Part shown: positions 14,200 to 27,533 of the stretch, piece by piece | Layout of the letters: every line of letters starts with the position of its first letter | How positions within the stretch are numbered: the stretch's first letter is position 1 | NCBI RefSeq assembly: GCF_009914755.1 | Contig: NC_060934.1 | DNA length: 64,000 nt | Reading direction: 5' to 3' (one strand) | From: the human T2T-CHM13v2.0 reference genome, Homo sapiens | Translations under genes and position numbers: made by a program | Notes under the pieces: generated by a model | What the model was told of the DNA's origin: nothing | The model's input: the letters and a program-made list of their open reading frames with translations, nothing else | Database searches by the model: none

Positions 14200-14900
14200 T
14201 GCATCTGATTTGTTTGTGCAGATGTGAGGTGTGAGGAAAGGAAAGCTGATGAAAAAGAAAGCTTGGATGATTCCCAGATTTTTGGCCTGAACACTGGAAG
14301 GCCTGGAGTTGCCTGTAACTGAGCTGGGGAGGGCCATTCATTGGTGAGGTTTGGAGGGGACAGTCAAGAGTTTAGTTCAGGACATGTTAGCACATTAGGC
14401 ATCCACGTGGGGATATTGGGTAGGCAGTGGAATGTACAACTTTTAGAGAGGAGGTCTAGGATATAGGGATAAATATCAGTCTCATCAGCATAAAGATGGC
14501 ATTTAAAGCCATGAGAGTAGATGGGAACTTTTAAGGAATAATTGTCAATAATAAAGGGAAGGAGTCTAAGGACTGAGCCCGGGGACACCAATGCCAAGAA
14601 GCCAGGGAAGAAAAACTACCAAGGAGATTGAAAAGGAGAGCCCTGGACTACGATACCAGGTGGAAAACCAGGACAATGTGGCATCCTGACATCCCAGTGA
14701 AGAAAGTGTTTCAATGAAGTGTCCCACTTCTTCACACTCCAAAGTGTGGCTGGCAAGTGATATTAGATGAGAACAGAGAATTAACCATTGGATTTGGCAT
14801 TGCAGGGAGTCATCGTTGACCTTGGCAAGAGTGGGTTTAGTAGAGTGGGGAGGGGTGAAAGCATAATTGGAGTGGGTTTGAGAGAAAATGGATAAATGAA
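14200..14900 (-). mobile_element. LINE-2 fragment
   Basis: GATTTTTGGCCTGAACACTGGAAGG, GAGTTTAGTTCAGGACATGTTAG, GGATTTGGCA...TGACCTTGGCAAGAG are typical L2 segments. Confidence 0.7.
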
Positions 14901-16729
14901 GGAGAAAACAATTAGCTCATGGGGATAAAAATTTATGAAGATAGAAATGGGTTTCTGATTTAAAAAATCAATCTTGGTGCCATTATAATCCTATGGGCTC
15001 TTGAAATTACTCTCCACACTGTGTTATTCTTCTGAATGCAGTGCAGGTTCTTCAGCTATTTGCTGGAGTACGTATCGACTTTGCTGGGAGCACGACTTTG
15101 TGCAAGGCATAAAGGTTATACCTCTGCAGCTCTTCTACTTTGTCTCTGCCATCTCTGACCACTCAACTCAGGTAACCAATGAGAGATGCCCTGTTGATCT
15201 CTTATCCTTGGGAATAATTTTAATCTCTTCCTCCTGTTTAATGCTAGTGTCCTCCTTTCCCCATAAATGTGGTTGTGTGCCTGTTTGTCTCGTCCATGAG
15301 AGTAAGCTTTTAAGAACTGGAACTCTGCACCAAATGTGCAGTGAAATGACTTTGTTGGAGACCCATTGTCTGCCTGCTGGCCCTCATCAGTGGTGACTTC
15401 ATATTCCTCTTTTTAGAGAGTTTTACGTAGAGCCTTTTTGAAATGGTATCCTGGGAAAATAAAGAGCTGGCTGTTTGTAATACTTTCTACCAGGAGTGGG
15501 GTGTTCACTTTGTGTTCTCTAATAATTAAATGTTCGGAATCACCTTTTTTGGCACAATGAAAGGGCAGATAGATAAACAGATTGATAGATGAAGAGGTGA
15601 AAAGTAGGAAGCAGTGGGAAAGAAATGGGAAGAGGATCTTCCTATCTACCAGTTGCTTTCATGTGGTAGAGCTTAATGAGAAGATGATACGCTAATTTCC
15701 TGAGCTGTGACATATTTACATGTAAAAGACTTACGTGAGGGCCCTTTGTCTTTTTTCAAGTGTAGATGATTTTGAGATGGCCTGGTTGCTTCCCCAAGGA
15801 GAGGAGGCTTCAGGCTCTCCCACAGGCAGTTTTTAGGGTGTAGGAAGTAGAGAACACTCTCTCGATGGGCTCACTTCCAGATGTGATTCTCAGTGGATTG
15901 TTTTCCTTTTCGGCAGCATCAACTGGCTCTAGTGGCCAAGGCTTCTGTAAGGCTTCCCATCCAGGAGTTTTTCATGCAGGGATGCTATTGGAGGCCAGAC
16001 TTCCAGTTTTGCTAGGAGGAGATGCCTATTAAGTTAGGGGGCCAGGGATTCGATTGCAGCAGTCACTACTCAAGTCAGTCAGTCACCATTTCATCCGTAA
16101 GTCAGGGACTCTTTGTACTTGCAGTCCCCATAGGCGCTTGGCTCTCGTGATGTGATTTAGAGAGTCAGTGGCAGGGTTTGAGCTGCAGTGTGAGCACAGA
16201 GGATTAATGGTAGTCACAGAGAGCCTGAGCAGCCTGTGTGAGTGACCCTCTGCATCCTACATGGAATGAGGGACAACATGGAGAGACTAAAGACGATCCC
16301 TCAAAGCCTAGCTTCCTTCATTGCTCCTGCCGTGGACTGTCTTGCAGGGACAGTACACATGCTGGCACATATTACACACAGGGAGCCGTTTGCAGTGAAT
16401 AGTGATGCAAAGGCTGAGATAGTATCCTCATAAAGATTGACCTCTAATCTCAAGTCCTTTTTTGTAGTAGCAGGAATACATAATTTAGACAATATTATCT
16501 TGCACAGTTAACAGAAGGAAACTAGAATAAGAGGGAATTCACCTCAGCTGAACAAACCAAGCTTCTCTGTGTCATCTAGCAAGCTCATAAAAATGCCATC
16601 TATAGATTGACTTTAATAAAGGAGCCCACTGAGGACACAAGCACCTGAATTACAGATTCCCAGTGCACACGCAAGCATTTATCGCTGACAGACAAAGGAA
16701 CAAAATCTCCAGGAGGCAGCTGGGATCTT

Positions 16730-19700
16730 TTCATTTTGAAAATGCTTTAATAAGTGTTGACAACACTGTTTTGCAAAATGTAAAGATACTATACAAATTC
16801 TTAATACAAAAAGAATAAATTAAAAGCAGATTTCTTTTTTTAATTCTGCAACTTTGTCTACAACGTACATCTTTTTCATTGATTACAGTTGAACAGAATC
16901 CAGTAAAATCATTTTACATGCTCTACAGTCAGTTTCAGGAGCAACCTAATCTTTTTTCCCCCATTATTAAACTAGAGTCCATTTTACACAACTTGTAATA
17001 AACTATTGAAATTAATGTATATGTAAAACTTTACACCTAGTTAACTAAGCAGTAACTGGTCATCTGATAGCACCTGGATGGGGTTTGCTATATTTAGAAC
17101 TAAACTAATACTGAATGAAAACAAATTGGAATTTTAACAGTTTCAACACTCACCTGCATATAATAAAATAAAAAATCAACCTGGCTCACAACATAGTCTG
17201 ATGTATGTGTTTTCACCAGTCTTCTGGCTGAAACAGGCAATTTCTTTTACGCATCCGAAGAATCCAATAGGGGCTTTATATCAGACCAAGGACTTCGTAT
17301 TTCACCTTATTTTGTTTTAAAGAAATAGGGATAAAGAGTTTGCAAGTGCTTGTGTACAATAACTACATCATTTCCCACCACACTGATCATTAATCATGTC
17401 AGTCTCAAAGGACTAACGTTTTATGTACATTTTGTATTAACTGAACTCAGCTAAACAGTAAAACCTGTTTTACTTAATCTCTGTCTTGACTACCAGACTA
17501 TCATGATGTTTGTTGGAACTGTAATTCCTGCTCTCCATTTCTCTCTGTCCCCCAAGTTGAAAATATAACCCAAATCTTTAGAATTTTTGCCTCTCATTCC
17601 TTGCAACTCCAGTGGGCTAGAATCTTGATCCAGTTTTCTCCAGACTAGATTTCAAGCTACTCTGCATGATGTAGAACATGTAACCATGTAACCTCATCAG
17701 CTGCCTTTTCCCTTTTGACTTTTCCTGTTGCACACAGTTCAGTCTGACTATCCATGAATCTTCTTTGGGAGAAAGAAAAATGGCCCAATGTATAATGTTT
17801 CTGAATGGGGAAGGGAGAAAAAAAAAAAATCACTGTTCTTTGTAGCTCTAACCATGAAAGTAAAAGCAACAAAAATATCCCCCAGTGAATCCCTAGAATC
17901 ATTTAATAATGTAACCGGTATCTCTTTATCCTGCAGGTGTACACTTAAAGCGTTCTGGGAATATGAATCCCTTCTGCACCCTGGAATCACCAGTCCAGCC
18001 ATGCATGGAGCTGGGGAAAGCAGGCCCTGAATTGTCTAGAGAGACTTGGTGGAGGAGGCCACGGCCCGCCTTATCCCTGCCGGGTCCCGGCCAGGTGTGT
18101 GTGTGCCCCAGCTCGACTCTCGGTGGTCTCCAGGCTGCAGCAGAAGGAATACCTTGGTATTTGTTTCATTTTAGTGTCCATCCTTACCCTCCTGGTCTGG
18201 TAGAGCCTATGGTTATTCTTGGATTCCACATACATGAAAAGCGAAGATTTTTCTTTGTTTTTATGCTTAAGCTAACTTCAGTTCTGCTTTCCCACAAAAC
18301 TACCCCCACCCTGGCTCCTGTCCCTGGCTGTCAATGCCTTTCCAATAGGAAGTCATTAGAGTGAGAAAAAAATTCCACCCCCACCCCCATCCCCCCACCA
18401 CTTGCGCCAAAAGCACAGCATACCACCTCTGCGGAAACCTTTTTGTGCCATCTTGAATAACCCAACTAAAGTCGTGCACTTGTTACTATAAAAGTATTTT
18501 TGAGGCCTTTGAAGATTGATGGCTTTCCAGTTGTGTTTGAAGCATAGCTCAAAACATGTAAACGTGCAGCTCCCACACATTAATTTTTTTCTTCTTTCCT
18601 CCTCTTTTGGTATCTGCACACAAATGTGGTGCATGACAGTAACTGATGATGTAGACACATGGGCCCTTTGGGAGCTGATATTTTTTTCAACCCTGCTCTG
18701 CCTGTTGGCTAGTAGACACACGAGTCAAATCTTTCTACCTAAGGGCATAGTTGGGTTCTTGGAATAAGTGACACATAGGAGAAGTCGGATCTGAGCTCTT
18801 TTGTCACACAAGTGCTAACGAACAGAAAATGAGCCACGACAGTTAAACACTGAATGGATCGCAATGTGCTTTTCCCTTGGTTTCCCATAAAAACGAAAAT
18901 GAAACACCTTATGCAAAAAAATAGGATACGCTTTTACTGGTTGGTTTAATGAGAGAGAACCACTTTTGGCCATTATCACCTTACGTTACTACAAATCCTG
19001 AAAGGAAAGCAGCTTTGAGTCTTGGGCTCGGCTGAACCCCCTGCATGGACCGGGGCTAACAGTACCCTCTATGACTCCCACAGGTCTCTCTTTGTGTCCA
19101 GATGGATGGCGACTGTGAGTCAGCAACGCCAGCCAAGACTTCCTCGCCTTTACCGTGGCATTGGGGCAGTTTTTCAGGCTCTCTACGGAGAGAGAAGTGG
19201 GCCAGTAAGGGAGAGGGCTAGAGAGAGGACACCAGTTTACATAGGGTTGACTTTCACTTGTGTGTAGTAGCAGTTCAGAATTTAAAAGAAATTTCCTTGC
19301 AGAAAGAATGTCTTCCTCTTGGCCCCTCTTAATTTTTTATGTTTTTATTTATTTTTAATCTTTGGCAGCATAGAACTGATTGTGGTCCTCCGATGCATTT
19401 CTGGTGTCGAGAACTTCCTTTCTCAACCTCCCCTTCCCCCATAGCCATCCCCACAAGCTGTCCCATCAAGGAATATTTCAGGTGTAAACTGAATATGCCA
19501 CGAGGCCTCCTCTTCATGAAGTGCTTGGTTGGCCTACGTATGGGTGGCAGGCTGGACACAGCTGAATCGTCTTTCTGGGTCACCCTGTAACCCAAGTCCC
19601 CTTTCCCGTTCTCTCCCAACGCTACTTATCCGCAGGAATTGGATGCCGGCTGGCCCCCCTGATGGTTCCTGGCCTAGGGGCTGTCATGGCAGAGGGAAGC

Positions 19701-20056
19701 CACCAAGGTGCCATTGAGGATTGGTGTCTGGCTCTCTATGGGCAAGAGCGCCAGGGGACACACAGTGGGACCGGAACCTTCCAGAATGTCTCCTCAGTCA
19801 GGTTTTCAAGGGGGAGGGAATGCGGAGACAGGAGAAAAAAAGTGCTGAGGGCCAAAGCTGGTGCAGGGTGACGGTGCGTCTGGGTAAGGCAAATGAGAGG
19901 CAGTGAGGTGATCTCAGAATGGCGTTGAGGCGGTCAGATTAGGCCGGGCTGGCTCACACGAGGGTCCCGGGCTTGGCTTTTTCCTGCCCGTACCACTGGA
20001 CATCAGCTAGTTCTGGATAGAGGGAGGAATCCAGGAAACAGCTATCATTGTAGCTC
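16730..20056 (-). other. FRMD4A: FRMD4A terminal, wholly non-coding exon (3' UTR, ~3.3 kb)
   Basis: Acceptor TCTCCTTTCTTGGGCCTCCCACAG|GAGCTAC at 20057-20058; repeat-free AU-rich body; distal ATTAAA at 16746-16751 on - strand; 3' end approximate. Confidence 0.8.
16746..16751 (-). terminator. FRMD4A: Distal polyadenylation signal ATTAAA of FRMD4A
   Basis: + strand TTTAAT at the end of the AU-rich UTR block, with UGUA elements upstream in transcript orientation. Confidence 0.65.
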
Positions 20057-20307
20057 CTGTGGGAGGCCCAAGAAAGGAGATGAGACAGTTAGTTAGTGGA
20101 GGAGGATGGGTTCAGCCAGGCCTGCACTGAGAAGGATATGTTCACCTTGACAGGGCCCTGTGCTAATCACGAGTCTTTCCTGTTCGGAGCAGTGAGGCCT
20201 GAGACCCTCAACAGTGCTGTGTGTACAGAAGGCCCCCAGAATCCACACAAAGGGGCCGCCTGAAACCTAGAGCATTTGTGAAGGAGGAAAATGGAAGGTA
20301 ACTTACT

Positions 20308-20470
20308 CAGTGCGGTGGTTCTTCAGCGTGGCTGCATCCGGGGAGCACCTGGGAACTCCCAGAAATACTCATGCCTGGGCCCAATTGATTTGGGGTGTGT
20401 TTGAGCGCTGAGAACTGTCAAAGCTCCCCACCAGGTGATTCTCAGATGCAGCCAAAGCCAGAACCTCTGG
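20308..20470. mobile_element. MER5A-like hAT-Charlie element
   Basis: GTGGTTCTTCAG...GCACCTGGGAACT...CCAGGTGATTCTCAGATGCAGCCAAAG...AGAACCTCTG. Confidence 0.65.
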
Positions 20471-21904
20471 GCTTTCCTCAGGGGACTTTTCCCACACGAC
20501 AGATGCCCGGGTTGTCCTCCGTGAGACCCCAGGGCTAACAGATGTCACTAGGAAATTTTTATTCTGTCCTGGAAGAACATTCAAAATGTGAGTTTTCCCT
20601 ATAGTGAAACTGCGGTGGTATTTTGAATTGTGTTTTAAAAGTTTAAAAAAAATCAATGATGACTTTGCTTTATTCTAAATAACATGCATTGTTTTGTGAT
20701 TATAAAAGTGTGTTCATTTAAAATAGGAAAGTCTATAGAAGAAAATAAAAGGCTTTTTTTTTTTTTTTTAAGTATTTTAGGTAGGTATCACCATTTAGGT
20801 TGGGTAGAAGTAATTCTTAAATCTTAAGAAGCAATCATAGATATGTGGAAGCCAATAGTCATTACTAGGGATCATGATTCGGAAAAACAGCCTCTCTTCA
20901 ATGATCCTGAATGAGCCCTTTGAATTCCTCTCCTGCAACTGATCTCCCCATGGGGAGTGGTGAGGGATGGGTGGCAGGAAGGGACCCTAACCCAAAGTAG
21001 TTCAGAGCGGGTGAGTTTTAGGAGCATTTCGGTACCAAACACAGCTTCACGATTGAGAATCATCAGTCATCCCCAGCTTTCTATTTCATTTGCTAACCTC
21101 TCTAGGAACAACTGGATGTTGTAAATGTTTCTCATCTGGCCTTAAAATCCATGAAAGCTGGAAAATCACAAGGCATCTGTGCATATACTGGTGGATTTTA
21201 ATGAGAGTCCTGTGTTTGGAGCACCAGAAATAAACCAGCTTCAGAAGCAAAGTAAGAAAAGGCCCTTGATTATGACACTGGCCATGGGTATTACTATATG
21301 TAGGTGGTATGTGGATGATTCTGGGACACCTGTCCTGCAAACTTTGTCTCCACCCTAAGCTGACTTTTGACATTGTGCCTGACTGAAAAACTTCTAATGG
21401 GAGAGGTGGTTGGGCCTTGCAGGGGTCCTATGTTTTTCTTAGGGGGACAGTCTCTCCCTAACTCCACGTGGTCCTGGTGGTGCTCTCCACCATGGCGCCA
21501 TCCTCACTCCCGTGGGGGCCAGGGGACAAGGAACCCAATGGGGCCGGGCCAATGAGAGTCCCCCGATCAAAATCCCTGGTTCAAAGGTGGCCACGTGCCT
21601 GAGCAGCTTTGAAACCACAAGGATGTCATTTCCTCCTGAGAACTAGGTTAACAGGAGGAGGAAGCAGAGCTAGAGATGGAAGGAGACCCAGCCAGCCCGG
21701 GCTCCAGTGACATCGGCTGGTACACGCTTTTGTTTGCTTACGCTTGTTGAACTGAGTTTTTCATATGTAACTAACGAATACTGGCACATGTAAGTAGTTT
21801 CTTAAACTGTTGATGAAATTTTTGTTTCTAACACAAACATGATCTGGGTCTGTTTGGGATAAAACTTCCCTAAGGGGTTTCATGAGATCTTAGGAACACT
21901 TAGC

Positions 21905-22120
21905 CAGTGTTTCCCAAAGTAGTCCTGTGAGTTGCTCTGAGGGGAAAAAAAGCTTCCATGGATAAATAAATTTGAGGATTCTGCCTTTCAGAGGCCTGAA
22001 ATGTAAATGTATATGAAACATATATTAAAGGTTCTGAGAAGTCCTGGATTAGTTTGCCACAGAACTTCTGGAACAGTATCACCTATTAACATCCACAGAA
22101 CACACTTTGAAAAATACTCT
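21905..22120. mobile_element. hAT-Charlie-type non-autonomous element
   Basis: Inverted termini CAGTGTTTCCCAAAGT / ACTTTGAAAAATACT. Confidence 0.55.
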
Positions 22121-24469
22121 TAAATGGGCTAATATTATGAAATGTAGTTGACTCTCTTGTATGTTGGATCCTAAACAGTTTCTGGTTGAAACTATTAAAG
22201 TTGAGTCATAATTGTGACAACATAATCTGCTTCAGAGGGACTAAAAGTGCACTATGTATTGATCATAAAGGCTCAAGAAAGACCATTGAGTTCAAAGCAG
22301 TGATGTTTGGATCAGGCAGTAGATGAGGTTAAGGGTTCCTGTGGTGGTTTATTTGGTATGTGAAGAGCCTAACTGTTGGCTGGCCCATGGTGTTCTCCTG
22401 TGGTTCATTATGGAGGCTTCTGGGTCACAGAACCCACATATGAGAGGGCATCGGGAGGATCTGGATGATGGGGTGGGAGATGCTGGATTGGTGGTTTGGT
22501 TCTCAGGTGGCTCCTAGAGGAGCCGCAGTATGGAAACCACTGGCCTGCTCCTGCCTCTGAGAAAATGAAGCTGGAGGAAAAGATGTAAAGATGTATTTTT
22601 TCCAAACTTGCGATGTTTTATACAGAATCTTTCTTAGTGCTTCCACATAGTTATTGAAGTACGTAAGGTATTTTTAAAGCTATAAATGTTGCTTCATGTA
22701 TTGGTCTTTTATTCTCAAGTCTGGGGAAGAGACCCTTGTTCTGGCTGCTCAGCTAAGCCTTTGCCTTTCAGTACAAATTCAATTTTCCGGTAGTAGTCAA
22801 GGAATGCCATGTGCTACGAAAGAGACCCTTAGGAAGCATTTATTCTTCACAAATAATACAAATGGGGCCACTAAATAGTTGCCCTAGTAAAAACCTAAAA
22901 ACCTAAGTCAGTCATTCACTGGAACATGAGCTGGGGCAGGATGAAGATCTAGGTGTGCTCTCTCAACTGTGACCCAGAAGAGCAGCTTAGCCCTGGGCAG
23001 TCTGGGTCACAGCAAGTGGTGACTTCAGAATCTGTGGGGGCTTTCCACTGCAAGAATGCCCTTTCCCAGGGCTATGCTCAGAGATGTGTGGCCTGCAAAG
23101 GGTACTGGCTAAGCCAGGGCTGTCTGATACCAGACAGATGGCAAATTCACCCACATCTCACAGGGTTTTGTGGTTTATAACTGCTTGGCATAGGGAGGTG
23201 GGGCTGCTGGGAGGGAGGAATTTCAAACTGAATTATTTTTTTAAACGTATAACTAACTTACAGAACCAACTGGTGGCACATACTGGGGTTGTTGAACAGT
23301 CCCACAGTTGGTCACAAGGCCAGAGGATAGGGGATGAGGCCCTCTAGAGGCATCCTGTCTTACCTGGTCTGGGAAGGTGCTGTTGCTCAGTATAATGTAT
23401 GTGTGTCCCTGCATGTGCACATGTATGCATGAGCATGAACTCGTGTATGTATTCGTGTATGTATGTAGGTATTTCAAGCAGTGCCTACATTCCCACCGCA
23501 GCTCTTTCAAACCTGGTTAATTCTACTTCTGGCTGTCAGCCCTATCTCCATCACCTTTAGCAGATGATCGCCCTCCCATACCGGGGGAGAAAAAGGCCAT
23601 TCTTCCTACTTCAAAAATACTGCTCTCATGACATCACCCTGGCACTGGGGCTGGGGGAGGGGGTCTACCTTCCTTCCAAAGCCTAAGTCCCTGTCCTAAT
23701 TCCCCATCTGTCAACTTTGCAATATTGTCCTAACTTACTTTTCAAAAGTCCAGTTTTTTCTCTACAGGAAACAAGACTCTCTACTGTTAACCACCCCTCA
23801 CCCTTATCTGTGCATCCATGTTTTTGCACTTGGGATGGTCTCTGTCTCCACCTGTCTAAGCCCCCTCCTCCCACGGCAGGCTTCTGAGCCAGGCTCACAT
23901 AACATCTCTGTGAACTCGAAAGTGACCCCCTCATTTCTGAATCCTCTCAGCATTGCATTTTGTTTCTAAGTCTTAGAGCACTTAATACATAAGTGTAGCA
24001 GTTTCTCATGCTCCTTGTATATCTTCTGATAGGCAATTTGATTTCAAGCCCTTGTGTCCCAGTTAGACTGTAAGGGTCCTGGGGCTAGGAACCAGACCAG
24101 GTGGTACTGTTATCTGCCCCTGTGCTTTGCAGATTTCGACGTGAATCTTGTTAAATGCACATTAGGTTCAGTAGGCCAGGGTGGTGCCCGGGAGACTAGC
24201 TTTCTAACGAGCTCCCAGGTGATGGTGGTAGTGATAAAAATGTTGGCTTATGGACATTTGGAAAAGCAGTGCTCATAGCTTTTGGTACTCAGCACAGCTG
24301 TTACTCAAGAATGCTGGGGGTGCTTCTGGAGCCACTGAGTCGGCCCTTGGTGCTTTGAAACTTACATTGCAGTGATGCTGTTCTTTTCAGGGACACTGAT
24401 TACTCACAGTAAAATGTCTACAAATCTTTGAATGTAGATAGAACATGGTGAGTCTAAAATATACTTTGG

Positions 24470-24734
<265 letters not shown>

Positions 24735-24925
24735 TTAGGAATATCATAATTTTGATGTAAGAACCTTCAGCTAAAAACATAGTTCCAGTTCCCCATGTAT
24801 CTAGAAATAAGGCATAAATACAGCATTCAGATGTATCCTTGTGGAAATGATGACATGGACAAAAGCAACACATGTGGGACCACAGACTCATGGGCAGTAG
24901 GAATAAAACTCCCCTTACGGTACCT

Positions 24926-24995
24926 CTATTCATCAGTACTTTGGTGAGGTGGAGACTCAGACCCATCCAGAATGGGTGAGTTTTCTGTTGCTTCT
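24926..24995 (-). CDS. FRMD4A: FRMD4A last coding exon (exon 24924-24995): (G)[22 protein letters not shown]
   Basis: CTTTCCTTTGTTCAG acceptor; phase 2 matches upstream exon; TAG at 24926-24928; donor GT at 24922-24923. Confidence 0.93.
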
Positions 24996-25760
24996 CTGAA
25001 CAAAGGAAAGCAGGAGGAGGAAGAGAAGAGAGGTCATGTTACAGAGAGACACTGACACAGACACAGACACGATTAGTAGCTTATTAATATATCCGAAAGG
25101 CTTGCTGATTAGACACCTGAGTTAGCAACAGATCATACAAGTCATGCAGTACTTTCAGTCCCCATAATTGAGTCAAAATACCTAGTTTGTTAGGAGGGAC
25201 GGGCCCTCTTTTACCCATGGCCTCATTTTGTATCACATCATAGCAAACAGTTTATGCCAAGAACCAAAATTGCTGTTTTTCAAATTTGGCTTGAGTCCTC
25301 ACTAGTTGTAGGTGGTGAAATAGGCAGGTTTCAAGACCATCTTAAGTGCATAGGACCCTGAGGAGGGCTTGTACATTTCGGAGCCTGTTGACAGCCAAAT
25401 AATACAATCAATCATATATTTGGATCAGGTGAGACTGGGCATGATTCAGAAAAGTTGGAAGATGTAGAGAGGGATCTTGCAATCTGAAGTTTCTTGTTTA
25501 GTCACTGGAGGTATGTATTACATATATGAAAGATGTGTCATTCTTTTATGAGTTAATCTTAGACCCCAAACCTTGCAGAGGCTGCCTGGCCAAACAGGTG
25601 AGAGCTGGGGTGTGGGTGGGTGAGTGTTAATGATCTAAAGGACAAAGGGGCAGCTACTGTCCAACAGACAGCCCAAGAAGTAGGAGCAGACACAGGAACA
25701 CCGAGCTGGGGCTCCAGTTTCTCTTATTTTAAAAGGAATCAGAGGCAGCAGGGGATCGTT

Positions 25761-26182
25761 CAGTGGTTGTCAAAACTTGAATGTGGGTCAGCATCACCTG
25801 GAGGGCTTATCAGAATGCAGCCTGCTGGGCTCACCCCCAGAGTTTTGGATTTTTTTTATGTTACAGGTAAGCCCGAGAATTTGCATTTCTGACAAGATCC
25901 CAGGTGAGGCTCACTCGTGCTGCTGGCTTTGGGATCACACTTAACTACCGGTATAGTGGGGAAAGACAGGGTTTGGGGTCACAGAGGGCAGAGCTGGAAT
26001 TCCAGCTCCCTCCAGCTGTCAGACTTTGGGCCAGGCACTTAGTTCCTCTGAGCCTCATCTATGAAACGAAAACATCTGGGTATTTCCCCTGCAAGGGGAT
26101 GATGAGGATTGTATGAGCTCATGTGTGTTAGAAGCTGCTCGCAGCCTTTGAGTACACAGCAAGCACTCAGTAAGTGTTAGGA
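25761..26182 (+). mobile_element. MER5A followed by MIR
   Basis: CAGTGGTTGTCAAAACTT...ATCACCTGGAGGGCTT...GAATTTGCATTTCTGACAAG, then MIR core ACTTTGGGCCAGGCACTTAG...CTCTGAGCCTCA and AGCACTCAGTAAGTGTTAG. Confidence 0.7.
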
Positions 26183-26264
26183 CCCTTTCTTGCCAAAAAT
26201 GAAGGCTCCAGAAAACCTGGTGTAAAAAAATTACCACAGATAAACCTGCAGGAACAAAAATGCC

Positions 26265-26522
26265 GGCCAGGTGCCTGTAATCCTAGCACTTTGGGAAGCT
26301 GAGGTGGGTGGATCACCTGAGGTCAGGAGTTCGAGACCAGCCTGGCCAACGTGGTGAAACCCTGTCTCTACTAGAGATTAGCCAGGTGTAGTGATGCACA
26401 CTAGTAATCCCGGCTACTAGGAAGGCTGAGGCAGGAGAATCACTTGAACCATGGAGGTTGCAGTGAGCTGATATCGCACCACTGCAGTCTGGGCAACAGA
26501 GTGAGACTCCGTCTCAAAAAAA
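26265..26522 (+). mobile_element. Alu (AluS-like, with deletions)
   Basis: GGATCACCTGAGGTCAGGAGTTCGAGACCAGCCTGGCCAAC and right arm. Confidence 0.9.
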
Positions 26523-27436
26523 GGCCAAGTATGAGAGCCTGAAAGGCAGACAATACAGCCAATTCTGGAATTGTGCTTTTCTCATGATTCAACTCACAGC
26601 CAGTTGTCAGGTTTTCCCAGACATCCCCCTGATGCTCCACCAAACCAGGAACCAGACAAACCGAGGAAGGGGCCTCCTTAACTCCTCTAACCAACAGATG
26701 AGATGTTGACAGAACCTAACATCTACTTAGAGATGATGTCTCAGGGGCAACAGAAGAGGCAGGTGCTGTAGGGCCAGGCGGGTTACCTGTGTCTGCCAGA
26801 CCCTCCAGTAGTTCAGAATAGCCTCACTGGCGCCGAGATGATAATGCTGTATGCAAACATGTCAAGCTATCAAAGGGAGCTGCCTTTCGGTTTCATTAAT
26901 TTTGTTGTGTGCAGCTTCCACTGAAGGCTTCAGGGCACCTGATCTCTTTTGTGTGTTGAGAAAGAGCAAGTGCTTGGCCAGGACACAGCCCTTTTTCTTG
27001 CACCCTGAGACATCCTAAGACACTGGCTGTTTCACCTGCCCCAGTGTATTTGCTGTCTTCATCAGCTCTCTTTCTCCCCCTGACATTCTTGCCTGGCATT
27101 TTGAGTCAGCCTGAGTATAATCCAAACCGAAATGAAATGCTGTCTGGAAATCTTACCAAAGAAGCACAGTCCCACTTCGTGCTTCCATCTCCCCACATCC
27201 CAAGGACCACCGCCTACTTTAAGAGAACACAGACAATTCACCTCTATAAAGGCACAGCCAGGAAAAGGAGTAGGCAGAGGTGACAGCAGATCATGGGGCT
27301 TCTCTTGAAAGGAAGACACCTCCCAGTGATGAACCCTCATCATCCATTTACTGACATATCCTTATGTCACCAGGATCTGAACGTCTATGACACTCTTTCG
27401 AGCTGACACAGTGAAGAACATAGAAGGAGAACTCAC

Positions 27437-27533
27437 CCAGTCTGCCAGGTTAGGATGTGGTGGGGGCTGCTTGGGGGGGTGGCTCCAATTTCACTTGACG
27501 GTGTCGAGCTTCTCTGGCTTTGAGGTAAGGCAG
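27437..27533 (-). CDS. FRMD4A: FRMD4A coding exon, 97 nt: (A)ALPQSQRSSTPSSEIGATPPSSPHHILTWQT(G)
   Basis: TAG acceptor 27534-27536, GTGAGT donor; phases 1 and 2 fit both neighbours. Confidence 0.93.

Noticed and set aside
17657-17902. 81-aa ATG ORF with hydrophobic N-terminus in the FRMD4A 3' UTR
   Set aside because: Hydrophobicity follows from U-rich UTR composition; no homology or splice support
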